Below are positions 49,672 to 59,703 of a stretch of DNA of 64,000 nucleotides, one piece after another. The translations under genes were made by a program, and so were the position numbers. The notes below the pieces were generated by a model. That model saw nothing but the letters and a program-made list of their open reading frames with translations. It did not search any database and was not told the origin of the DNA. The first letter of the stretch is position 1; each line of letters starts with the position of its first letter. Source of the DNA: a virus; IMG/VR virus record IMGVR_UViG_3300009182_000050, positions 8,172 to 72,171 of that record; one strand, given 5' to 3'.

Positions 49672-50025
49672 ATGGGTCAATACCATTCACTTGTCAATGT
49701 AGACAAGAAAGAAATTGTCAATCCACACCTACTAGGTATGGGCGCAAAGCAATACGAACACACAGGGTTCATTGGTTCACTATCTGATGTTCTCTACACG
49801 CTCGTCACAACATCACCTGCTCGTGGTGGTGGCGACTACCCATTTACAGAAATTGCTGGTCGCTGGGTAGGCGACAGAGTTCTTGTAGTTGGCGACTACA
49901 CAGAGGCAACAGATTTTCCAGAGTTCCCCAATCTGGCTGCTGAAACTCATAGTAGCGAAAGCCCCTTCACAGACATCTCCGAGATGTGTAATAAGGCGAT
50001 GGAAGCAGTTCGGGCAAAATACTAA
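49672..50025 (+). CDS. Conserved hypothetical phage protein
   Basis: MGQYH..VN.DKKE...GAKQYEH...GRWVGDRVLVVGDY; AAGGGAGA RBS. Confidence 0.75.
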   Translation: MGQYHSLVNVDKKEIVNPHLLGMGAKQYEHTGFIGSLSDVLYTLVTTSPARGGGDYPFTEIAGRWVGDRVLVVGDYTEATDFPEFPNLAAETHSSESPFTDISEMCNKAMEAVRAKY

Positions 50026-50139
50026 TCAGGTCGGGGAAGCCTTGCGACACGCAGGGTTTCCCCCCGATTTGACAATGGAATAATAAGTCACTAATGTTTG
50101 TTATGTAAGATGAAGACACCAACAACAAGGGAGAAAAAC

Positions 50140-50553
50140 ATGTCAAAGACATTTGAGCAAGTTTGGGAAGATGTAAGAGCAGAGCTTGACGAAGCAAAGG
50201 GAATTGCTTTTGATGGTTGCCACAAGATTTACATTTTGATGGACCACGCACAGGTTCACGAGATGGCCGGCTATGGCTACGGAATTGACGACACACACCT
50301 AATCACAGAACAAAGTATGACCCCTGCGGAAATGCTGGTCACAATCAAGAAGTGGTACGAAGATTCTTGTGGTCTTGAGTTTGTCCAGTCAGTAGCAACT
50401 GTTGAGGGCGACCCTAACAAGGGGTTTGACAACATAATCCCACAGGGATACAGAGAAGAGTTCTGCCAACTATGTGGCGAGTTCGGTGCTAACTACGATG
50501 GAACTTGTGACGAGTGCGCCGAAGAACACGACCAAGACGAAGACGACGAATAA
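50140..50553 (+). CDS. Hypothetical protein
   Basis: AKGIAFDGCHKIY...WYEDSCGLEF; promoter cassette and AAGGGAGA RBS. Confidence 0.7.
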   Translation: MSKTFEQVWEDVRAELDEAKGIAFDGCHKIYILMDHAQVHEMAGYGYGIDDTHLITEQSMTPAEMLVTIKKWYEDSCGLEFVQSVATVEGDPNKGFDNIIPQGYREEFCQLCGEFGANYDGTCDECAEEHDQDEDDE

Positions 50554-50662
50554 ATTGTTCGGGGGTCGGCGACACGCTGACCCCCACTCAATTTGACAAG
50601 GAAACAATAAGTCAGTAATGTTTCTTATGTAAGACAAAATGACACAAACAAGGGAGAACAAA

Positions 50663-52082
50663 ATGTCAGACACAATCGTAAACAGCGACACACGAGCTAC
50701 TGCTCGCTACACGCTGGTACAAGCAATCCTAGAAGCCGACAATCGGGAAATAATTCTAGGTGCGCTAACTCAACTTGGCTACGAGTACGCAGTCACAGTT
50801 CAGGTTCGAGCAGAACAAAACGACAAAGAAAGCGCGGTGCGCTGGGCGCACGCTGCCAACGAAATTGGCACAATCTTGGCTTGCGCTGCCTACAACCTAG
50901 AAGACGAAGGGAACTAAAGAAATGACAAATGACAATTTTGCGGAAGAAGACCTACGCGCTCTACCAGATACCGTGCCAGATTATGTGGCACAACTGTTTG
51001 ACCTGTCCGAGCAGATGCTACGCGCTGAGATGACAGGTTGGGCGGTAGAGGTGCGAGTAATCGCAAACTGCCTTGCTGAAGGCTTAGGGCTTTTTGAGTA
51101 CGCAACTGACAATAATGCGGTGCTTGACTCCGTGTATGTCAATGGTGACTTGATTGACTATGACAAAAACGGTAATCCGTTGGAAGCAGACTAAGGGGAT
51201 AATGATGGAAAAAAATCTTCCAGAGCGCATAAATGTGATGAAAGTTATTTCGTATGATGTTCAGAACATTATGGAAAGTATTGTTGCTATGAATAGCGAC
51301 AGAGATTTTGACAGCATAACTTTAGAAGAAGTTATGGAACAGGTTGAGGCGTGGGTTCAAGAAGATTTCCCTGCCGACAGAATAAAGGATTTGATTATCC
51401 AAGACCAAGACGGAGAGGACATCTAATGCCATACACAATCACAGCAGTAAGCGATGAAGGGCGAGTAGCTTTGGGAGGCCCGAAGAAGGGCGAACCGGTT
51501 GAGCATCGCTGGGAAAAAAACTTTGATACCTTAGCCGAAGCGATTGAGGAATACGGCAAGTTCGTAGACCACGGTTTCGCTGCTTGGGAACGAGTCATAA
51601 GCATCATTGACACGCACGGCGAGGTTCTTGCCAGCAAGACGCTCGTAACACCGACAGATTGATGCGGTATGGCTACGCTACTGATTTCGTGGAACAAACA
51701 TAATGAGCCGGTGACGGAGGCTACTGATGCTGCTTTCTATCGCGTCTACGGACACGACTTGGTAGGCACGGTCTTCTTGGACGGTGTGGAGTACGCGCAC
51801 ATTTATTGTGACGGCGAGATGCGGTTGTATCCAGCAGAAGACAATCCAGAACAGCAAGTGCTACGCGATTGTCTTGACCTAGCTGATGTTGGGATTTTGA
51901 CTGACAAGCAACTCTTTGATGCGGTGGAAAAAAATTTATGGACCTGGGACATGAACCCCTGGTTTGATTTCTATTTAGCTGACGGAACGCATCTGGACAT
52001 TGTGTGCGACACCATTGACGAGGCGGTTTCGGTCGCAGAGTTTATGGCAAATCAAGACGGCTCGGAAGAGGAAGAAATTTGA
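50663..52082 (+). CDS. Operon of five short hypothetical proteins (ending 50917, 51194, 51426, 51662, 52082)
   Basis: Closely spaced co-oriented acidic ORFs downstream of promoter at 50593. Confidence 0.6.
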
Positions 52083-52153
52083 TAACGAAATTGTTATCAA
52101 AATAATCTAGTTTCGGGTTGCGTCTGTCATAGATGTATGCTAGATTATTTCTT

Positions 52154-52256
52154 GTAAGGTGGTGAGAGTCACTCTCTAAGCTAGGCGGAGCAAGTGCCGA
52201 ACAGATACCTGCTAAGACAGAGGTCAGACTTCCGAAGTCCACCGCGGCCACCTTAC
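52154..52256 (+). ncRNA. Candidate structured 5' leader RNA
   Basis: 10-bp closing stem gtaaggtggt/gccaccttac enclosing several hairpins, between promoter and RBS. Confidence 0.45.
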
Positions 52257-52279
52257 ACTTACAACAAAGGGAGAAATAC

Positions 52280-52756
52280 ATGCACATTGGACACATCTTG
52301 TTAGTTGAGGCAGAGAGCCTTGACGAAGCAAAAGCAGAGGTGAACCACCGGCTAGACGAAGGATACTTTCGCTGGTCAGACTGGTCAGAAATCGGCGGTC
52401 GCTACATTGACTTTTATGTAGACGGCGACTCGCTACGGTACTCAGATAATCCTGAAAAGGCAGAGCAAGCGATTGCGACAGCCGAAGGTTTCCGTGAGGA
52501 GTGCTTAGAGCGTTACATTGACAGATGCGTAAAGGCTGGCATCACCATTGAGGGGCTTGATGTACCGAAGGATACAAAACAATCGTTTGATGTGTACCCG
52601 CTTTACAAGGCGGCACAGATTGCGACAGGGCTGAACTGCGAAGAAACTTATGTCTACGACATAACTTACTCAAGTCAAGAACTTGACGACTTCCGCAAGC
52701 GAGTTGCGGATAATCCAGAGAACCAATACCTAATCGTGGTGGACTTTCACCACTAA
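52280..52756 (+). CDS. Conserved hypothetical phage protein
   Basis: WSDWSEIGGRY, C-terminal YLIVVDFHH; AAAGGGAGA RBS. Confidence 0.75.
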   Translation: MHIGHILLVEAESLDEAKAEVNHRLDEGYFRWSDWSEIGGRYIDFYVDGDSLRYSDNPEKAEQAIATAEGFREECLERYIDRCVKAGITIEGLDVPKDTKQSFDVYPLYKAAQIATGLNCEETYVYDITYSSQELDDFRKRVADNPENQYLIVVDFHH

Positions 52757-53081
52757 AACTCCCAGCGAATTGGGGTCGGGCATCAGCTCGGCCCCTTTTT
52801 GTTTGCGCCGGTCAGCTGGCTGCTGGTATGATGATGCTAGGAAAAAAATTATGGAGGTGTATCTCGTGCCGAAGAAGAAGAAGCCGCTTGACAAACTTGT
52901 CCGGTCGCGGGGAAACTATGTTCTCAACCAAAAATCATTTGTGTTTCTGGACCGGAGGACACGGAGAAATCGTGATAAAAGTTCCCAGCAGCGACACGCA
53001 ATAAAAGAAAGTTCTGAATAATTAGGTATTTGTCATAGACCTATGCTAAAGTATCTACATAAGGGAAAAAGGAGAAACCCC

Positions 53082-54371
53082 ATGAAGTGGAAAACAGTAC
53101 GAAGCGTAGTAGACAACAAGGTACGCGGTTATGACAGCGTGGACTTAGTTGATGGTCGCTCAATCTCAATCAGTCGGTGGAACACCAAGTTGTACCCAGA
53201 TTGCTGGTCGGTTCATCACCCACGCATTGAGGCGCACAAATTGGACAACAATCGGGCTTTCTTTAGCACTCTTGCTAAGGCAAAAGAGTTCGCAGAAACT
53301 CTCGTCCGGTCCTAGAAAAATAAATACCAAATAGACTTGACACGGCTCTATGATACGATTAGTATCGTAGATGTAAGACAAACACACAAACAAAAGGGAG
53401 AAAGAAATGACAAACACAATCACAATCAAGTTTGCGGCAGACCGGGTTCTGACTCAACAAGAGATTGACAATCTTGCTAACGCTCTTTACGCACAGGTAC
53501 AAGAGCCAGCAGATGAGTTCGGTGATGATGAAACTTACACCACCAGCGACATCGAGATTGACTTAGAGGTGGAGGCATAATGAGTCGTGACTTGATAGTA
53601 AAAGGAAATGGTGCTTGTTGCGCCAACTGCGGCAAGTCTAAAGTTAGTCCGTTTGTTCTACTTGGCTACAAGGTTTGGGCTTGCGACTCAACTTGCGGTA
53701 GAGATGCGGTACACAAAACAATCTACGGAGCGAGAGTGTGATGAACAAAATTGAGATACCGGTCGGCACGACTTGCGAAAGTTGTGACGAGGTAGATGCC
53801 ACAGTTGTAGATGACCATAGCGGTTGGCTATTAGCATCTTTTTACTGCGCGGATTGCGTGGAAAAAAGGCAAGATGCTTATGACCCAACACCTAGTTCGT
53901 ATAGCATCATTGTTGAGAACGAATACGGAAGGGTGTTCTAATGAGGTGTCCTAAATGCGGTACTGAGCCGCACACGCCGGTACAAATACAACGCAAGGGC
54001 ATGTGCCGCTGGTGCGAAGAAGAGGTAGCAGCGAAATGAGTTGGGAAAAAAATTTTAGTGATGTGCAGCCAGAAGATGTTGGTTCGGTCCTGGTTGCGGC
54101 TTCGGAAACAAATAAATACCAGCTCGGCGTTGATGCGGTAGAACTGGCGATAAAACACGGCTATGACATTGTTCTTGATGTGTGGAATCAAGACAAGCCA
54201 ACCTTTCTTGCCGGACACGCCACACCTGAGATGCTTGATGACCTAAGCGTTGTTGTTGATTTCGCAATCCAATACCTTGAGGAAAAGTTGCCAGATGGTT
54301 TTTACCTTGATGCGGATACAAAAACAGGAATAGTTTTGCGACACGCCGACCACGATTTGACATTGGAATAG
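53082..54371 (+). CDS. Series of short hypothetical proteins (53082-53315, 53407-53580, 53740-53941, ~54036-54371 and smaller)
   Basis: RBS-bearing ORFs after promoter-like sequences at ~53030 and 53337. Confidence 0.55.
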
Positions 54372-54642
54372 AAATAAGCAATAATGGTGTTATCACAAAG
54401 GGAGAGGTGAGAAAATGAACACAGTTTCATGCACTAAGTGCGCTAAAGAGATTGACCGTTTAGAGGTCTTTCCGAAGGGCGTATGCCTAGACTGTCACGC
54501 AGAAACCTTCGTAATGCCAACAGCAGACGAATTGGTTGCTATGTGGGGTGGCAAGGCGTAATTAAGATGTTGGGGGTGGGGCGAAAGTCTCACCCCCTAC
54601 AAAAAAACCAAAATGACAAAATGACAAAAGGAGAAATGCCAG

Positions 54643-55053
54643 ATGGCAAATTACTACGGCGTTACACGCAGCAATTATTTTGCGGTGAAGAATGAAGAAG
54701 AGTTCCGTGCGGAGATTGCGAATCTTCCGGTGGAGCTGATTGAGGCAAAAGAAGAAGGAAAAAAAGTTTTCGGATTCATTGACTCAGACTCAGATGGCGG
54801 CGGAGACATCTTCTCTCGCTGGAATGAAGAGACAGAAACACACGAAGAGGTTGATTGGGAGGCGTTCTTCCAAAAGCATCTCGCAGATGATTGGGTTGCC
54901 ATCATTGTTTCTTCTGGCGCAGAAAAGCACCGATACATAAATGGTTTTGCGGTTGCTTACAACAACAAGGGCGAGAGTCGTTCGGTTGGTGTTGAGGACA
55001 TCTACAGACTTTCTGAAGATTTAGGTTCTCGCCGGACTCACGCAAGTTATTAA
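54643..55053 (+). CDS. Conserved hypothetical phage protein
   Basis: MANYYG.TRSNYFAVK...GAEKHRYING; AAGGAGA RBS. Confidence 0.75.
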   Translation: MANYYGVTRSNYFAVKNEEEFRAEIANLPVELIEAKEEGKKVFGFIDSDSDGGGDIFSRWNEETETHEEVDWEAFFQKHLADDWVAIIVSSGAEKHRYINGFAVAYNNKGESRSVGVEDIYRLSEDLGSRRTHASY

Positions 55054-55140
55054 AAAATAATAATTCAGGAGGGGTGGACTTGACAGTCTGCCCCTTCTGG
55101 GTTTATCATAGAGGTATCAGCTCAAACAAAGGAGAAAACA

Positions 55141-55485
55141 ATGAGCAAGCAAGGGACAGCACTAATTTTAACCTCGATGATGCGGTCAGAAGAAAAGACA
55201 TTCACCATTGGTGATTCATACCAGATGATACGAGATGCCGTTGATGGGTACATTGAGTGCGTACATCTACCATCTATTGGCGTTGACATGTGGTGTAACG
55301 AAGAAGGAAAACTTATCGGTCTTCCACAAAATGATTTCGCATCTTTATTCTTCCAAAAAGAATACGGCGTATTTGATTCCGTGCGTGGAGATGTTATCTT
55401 CACTGGTGGAGTAGACAAAGAAGGCGAAACTCTTGGGCTTACGGACACACAACTTGATGAACTAAAGAAACGGTTGGGGGTGTAA
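55141..55485 (+). CDS. DUF3846 domain protein
   Basis: VDGYIECV, MWCNEEGKL.GLP.N, GDVIFTGG.D.EGET.GL. Confidence 0.85.
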   Translation: MSKQGTALILTSMMRSEEKTFTIGDSYQMIRDAVDGYIECVHLPSIGVDMWCNEEGKLIGLPQNDFASLFFQKEYGVFDSVRGDVIFTGGVDKEGETLGLTDTQLDELKKRLGV

Positions 55486-57316
55486 TGATGAGGGACATTG
55501 AGCTCCGCCTGAGCGCGGAAAAAAAGTCATCTAGATGGGAACTCCAGGTGTATGACCCCAATGTCGCGCATCAGATTGGGCAGCAGGAAAAAAAGTTTGA
55601 TAGTGTCGGCCACGCGGAAGTTTGGCTGGAAGTTTTCTCCAGCAGCAGCATTAAAGTTATGGACCTTGGAGCATCTACCGTTCTTCGTGCGCTTGCTCCG
55701 GCTGAAGACTTCAACCTTGAGAAAATACTTGCTGGATAAACTTGACACAAGCATCATAGAGGCGTATTATTTACTTATCGCAACAAGGCGATACTGAAGG
55801 GAGACTCACATGAGTGAGATTCAGACTGCGGAGAAGGTTGTTATCTCAAACAACTGCTCCTGCGAAAATGAAGACGGAAGTTACACAACTGAGTGTTTCG
55901 GCTGCTACGAAGATGCGGTGTACGAACTTGACCAACTAATGAAGAACTGGGTTGAGGCTCAAGGCAACGAACTCACCAACACAGTACGCATTGAGGGTTC
56001 GGCTATGGGTTGGACAAGAGCCGAAGGCTATGCCGTGGTTGAGTTTGACGAAGTGTTTAATGCGCTCAAACTTAATGGCGACTGGACGCTGACTCTCAAA
56101 CTAGAAGGCGCAACGCTGACTGCGGTGCGTACCTCACACGACGAGCCAACTGGCGCGTCATTCACTTTCGCGTTCATTCCGGACGACGAGCAAGATTAAC
56201 CCTTGCGCCCCCTGAAGAAAGCCCTCACCGAAAGGTGGGGGTTTTTCTTTGGCGTGTTCGGTTTGCTTTTTGTCGGTGGTTGGGTGTATGATGAGTTTAT
56301 GAAGTTAGGGAAACTTCATAGAAGGAGAAACAAAGTGAACTACACGATAAGACTCACGCAGACAACTGCTTGGGAAGTAGAAGTCGAGGCAGATGACGAA
56401 GCACAAGCAATGGAACTTACAAAGGACTGGGGACGAGACGAACTCAGCGATGAAGAGATTGTGAGTAATTGTTGGGATACGGAAGTCCGATGATAAAAAC
56501 AAAGCCAATTCAGATTCTTGGATTCACGGTTGAGTTAGAGATTACTCCACGAGAACTGCCGTTCATTGGTAGATTCTTCCGATAGATTCCAGAACAAGCC
56601 CCCTCTTCGGAGGGGGTTTTGTTTTGCCGGAGATGACGCGGCTCAGGAAAAGATAATTTGATGCAGCAGCAGCCAGAGCCCGGAAGGTTGGCCTGGGTGG
56701 GAAAAAAATTACTGCCAGATGCCGGGAAGGGGAAGCTGGTCTCGTCCGGAGAAAACGCATCTAGACACGCTGAAGAATAATGGATTTGACATAGGTATGA
56801 TAAACGCGTACTATGTACTTATCGCAGTAATGCGAAACTAACAAGGGAGAACAAAATGAAGATGGAAACAACAACTTGCTACAAGTGCGACACTCAGATT
56901 GAGGCACTAGAGGGACAGGTACACCCATTGTGTGCCGATTGTGAAAAGTCGTTTGACAACTGGTTTGAGAAGACTCTTGCCGAAATGGGAATGGGGAACA
57001 AGTGAACACACAAGAAATTACTTACAGCAAGGAAATAAAGAAACTACTGAGTGGTCTTCGCCACCCAGCAACTCAACAGACACTAAAGAGTCGTGTGACA
57101 TTACACCCTTTGGTATCTGACTGTATCTACATTGAGATTGCTGAGAACGCTGATGCTCAGATTACGGCTTATCACTTTGATGAGGAACAGGTTATTTACA
57201 CGATTGAACTTTATGTAGATAATGTTGATGGGGACACGAAAGAAGTTTTCTCGTGGACTACCACGGACTGGAAAGAAATGCGGTCTAAGGTCCTAGAACT
57301 CAAGGCAGGGTTGTGA
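55485..57316 (+). CDS. Short hypothetical proteins (55485-55739, 55810-56199, ~56335-56493, 57002-57316 and smaller)
   Basis: Each preceded by TTGACA-type promoter and/or purine-rich RBS; terminators at ~56215 and ~56595. Confidence 0.55.
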
Positions 57317-57513
57317 TGGCTAAGAAGCATTACATCTTCCCTTGCTGCTGGAAGTGCGGAAAGCAATTCCGGATTGAGGAAAAAGACTACACGAATCACG
57401 CTTGTTGCGGTGATTGCTAGAACGGAAGAAGTCTGAAGACTGAGCCGCGCCTCCTTGCGGCTTAGTCTCAGATGGGACTCATCACAGGAAAAAAATTTGT
57501 GATAGAGTTTCAA

Positions 57514-57633
57514 TGTCTGTCGAGCCGGGTTTTCTCCCTTCTCCCAGAGCTCCAGACAAACTGGATGAGGCCACCCCTTTCCTCATCCTCCGGATGCGTC
57601 ACCTTACTCCCTTTCGGTGGCGCATCCTTTTTT
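57514..57633 (+). ncRNA. Candidate sRNA with three hairpins bearing C/U-rich anti-RBS loops
   Basis: Extended -10 TGaTAGAGT at 57500-57508; stems tgtctg/cagaca, ggatgagg/cctcatcc, ggatgcgtcacc/ggtggcgcatcc; U-tract at 57628. Confidence 0.6.
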
Positions 57634-57726
57634 ATTAAATTGTTATCAAATGAACTTGACATACATCTATGATGAGCATAGTATGTAGTTATGAAGTTAA
57701 GGGAACTTCATAGAAGGAGAACTCAA

Positions 57727-57942
57727 ATGAGTCAGGACGCTTTTTACAACAAGTACTACAAGGCACTAGAAGGAGCAACGATTCTCAAATTCGTTGAGAT
57801 GCGTGGAGATGAGTTTGGTGGCAAATCATTCCCAGTATTCTCAGTTATGTTTTCTGATGGTTCAGTAAACGAAGTTGAGGTTTCTCAAGATGAGGAAGGT
57901 AATGGCGGAGGTTTCTTGTTCGGACTCCCAGTACCTGCCTAA
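57727..57942 (+). CDS. Hypothetical protein
   Basis: VSQDEEGNGGGFL motif; promoter at 57656 and GAAGGAGA RBS. Confidence 0.7.
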   Translation: MSQDAFYNKYYKALEGATILKFVEMRGDEFGGKSFPVFSVMFSDGSVNEVEVSQDEEGNGGGFLFGLPVPA

Positions 57943-58032
57943 CCCATAAGCCGAAAGCCCTCCACTACTCCTTAGGGTGGGGGGCTTTCTTATGCCCAAA
58001 TAGCCTTCGCTAGGGTGCGGTAATCTCAGGGT

Positions 58033-58308
58033 ATGAAAAGATTAGAAATCCTTCAGCACGAATACCACGAGAACAAAAGTGGTGAACCCTTCGTCGTTGC
58101 CATCGTAGAAGATGTAGAACACAACGACACAAAACTTATTATTATGTTTGAGGACGATGGTTATACTGCGGTTCTCTCTCTTGACCAAATCATAGATGAA
58201 GAAGACATCTCGGAGAAGACGAACAGTTGGAACGCTGGCAAGTATGAAGAACGACTCCGGAACTTTCTTTGGAGCGAAGAAGGCGACAATTACTCAATTG
58301 AGTATTAG
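58033..58308 (+). CDS. Hypothetical protein
   Basis: ORF upstream of protease; SGEPF, TAVLSLD, NSW motifs. Confidence 0.6.
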   Translation: MKRLEILQHEYHENKSGEPFVVAIVEDVEHNDTKLIIMFEDDGYTAVLSLDQIIDEEDISEKTNSWNAGKYEERLRNFLWSEEGDNYSIEY

Positions 58309-58317
58309 GAAGAACTA

Positions 58318-58878
58318 ATGACAACGATTGTTGGGATACAAGGAGATGGGTTTGCCGTTATTGGCTACGACTCTCGCGTATCCGGAGAAAACGGTCGTAT
58401 TTATGTTTTGCCAAAAGACACCGGCAAGGTTGTGCGGAACGGAAATTATCTTTTAGGAGCAGCTGGGGACTTACGAGCGATAAATCTTCTGGCCGACATT
58501 GAGCTGCCGGACCCAGAAGAACTCGTGGGAAAAAAATTAGATAAGTTCTTCTCCACCCAGGTCGTGCCGCGCATCCGGACGCACTTTGAGCGACATGGTT
58601 ACGGTCGTGATGGTAGCCAGAGTTCTGACATCTTGGTGTGTATCTCTGGAATTATCTATGAAATCGCAGAAAACTATGACTGGAACAGGGATGCGTTTGG
58701 CATCTACGGTGTAGGAAGTGGTTCTGATTACGCAGTTGGAGCATTACATACATTAGTTGATGGCGACATAACAGTTGATGCGGCTAAGCTTTGGATTAAA
58801 GCTGCGATGAAGATTGCGCTGCGGCTTGACTCCGGAAGCGGCAACCCGGTAAACATTGTCGTCCAGCAGAACAGCTAA
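58318..58878 (+). CDS. Proteasome beta/HslV-like Ntn-hydrolase
   Basis: N-terminal MTTIVG (Thr nucleophile), DSR, GAAG, GSGSDYA.GAL, D..SG. Confidence 0.82.
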   Translation: MTTIVGIQGDGFAVIGYDSRVSGENGRIYVLPKDTGKVVRNGNYLLGAAGDLRAINLLADIELPDPEELVGKKLDKFFSTQVVPRIRTHFERHGYGRDGSQSSDILVCISGIIYEIAENYDWNRDAFGIYGVGSGSDYAVGALHTLVDGDITVDAAKLWIKAAMKIALRLDSGSGNPVNIVVQQNS

Positions 58879-58944
58879 TAATTTTTTTCCTACTTCCGGG
58901 CGCGGCGACTTGACATCCCGGACAAAGCTGCTAAGCTTGTCTGC

Positions 58945-59697
58945 ATGGGAACATTTGTATCTTTATTTGCCGGAGTAGGTGGCTTTGACCTCGGTCTTGA
59001 GTCTGGAGGACACACTTGTGTCGGTCAGGTTGAGATTGACCCGAAGTGCCTTGCGGTATTGGAAAAGCATTGGCCAGATGTGTCAAAGCATAATGATGTA
59101 GTAACAGCAAAGGAATGGGCTAATGAGCAAAACATCATCGGAAAAGTTGACATTGTCTGCGGAGGATTTCCGTGCCAAGACGTTAGCGTTGCAGGAAAAA
59201 GGGCTGGACTGGCTGGCGCAAGGACTGGACTATTCTTTGATGCACTCTCTTTCGCAACGCACGTCAAAGCAAAAACTCTCATCTTGGAGAATGTCCCAGG
59301 ACTTTTATCAAGCAACAACGGACGCGATTTCGGAGTCGTCCTCACTAGTCTGGCCGACGCAGGGTATAGCGACATCCAATGGCGTGTTCTTGATTCGCAA
59401 TTCTTCGGAGTCCCCCAACGCCGTCGTCGAGTCTTCATTGTCGCAAGTACTCCAGACGGAAGTTTCCCCGAAGTACTCTTTGAGCGCGAAAGCCTCGGAG
59501 GGAATCATCCGGAGAGCGGAACGCAGGGGCAAGACTCTACCGGAAGCACTGAAGAACGCGCTGCAAGCAGTGGTGGACGCGGCGAAGACCAGCGAGTAGG
59601 AAACTTTGAACTCTGGACTTTTCCAGAAGAAGCAGTAACACCAGCGTTATCAGCTCGTCGTTCCGGTGACATGCTGAACTACCAGCAGCCTGAGTAG
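58945..59697 (+). CDS. C5 cytosine DNA methyltransferase catalytic chain (motifs I-VIII only)
   Basis: SLFAGVGG (I), GGFPCQD (IV), ENVPG (VI), QRRRRVF (VIII); motifs IX and X absent. Confidence 0.92.
   Translation: MGTFVSLFAGVGGFDLGLESGGHTCVGQVEIDPKCLAVLEKHWPDVSKHNDVVTAKEWANEQNIIGKVDIVCGGFPCQDVSVAGKRAGLAGARTGLFFDALSFATHVKAKTLILENVPGLLSSNNGRDFGVVLTSLADAGYSDIQWRVLDSQFFGVPQRRRRVFIVASTPDGSFPEVLFERESLGGNHPESGTQGQDSTGSTEERAASSGGRGEDQRVGNFELWTFPEEAVTPALSARRSGDMLNYQQPE
59123..59599 (+). CDS. Nested +1-frame protein resembling the M.EcoHK31I beta chain N-terminal region
   Basis: AAGGA RBS; ...SSESPNAVVESSLSQVLQTEVSPKYSLSAKASEGIIRRAERRGKTLP... Confidence 0.65.
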   Translation: MSKTSSEKLTLSAEDFRAKTLALQEKGLDWLAQGLDYSLMHSLSQRTSKQKLSSWRMSQDFYQATTDAISESSSLVWPTQGIATSNGVFLIRNSSESPNAVVESSLSQVLQTEVSPKYSLSAKASEGIIRRAERRGKTLPEALKNALQAVVDAAKTSE

Positions 59698-59703
59698 GAA
59701 AAA

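Noticed and set aside
52154-52256. Cobalamin riboswitch, suggested by the class II RNR in the genome
   Set aside because: Conserved core elements not recognisable and it is not upstream of a B12-related gene
59695-59697. Genome-wide TAG recoding
   Set aside because: Many intact genes end in TAG (e.g. primase-helicase, terminase) and conserved genes are not interrupted by TAG
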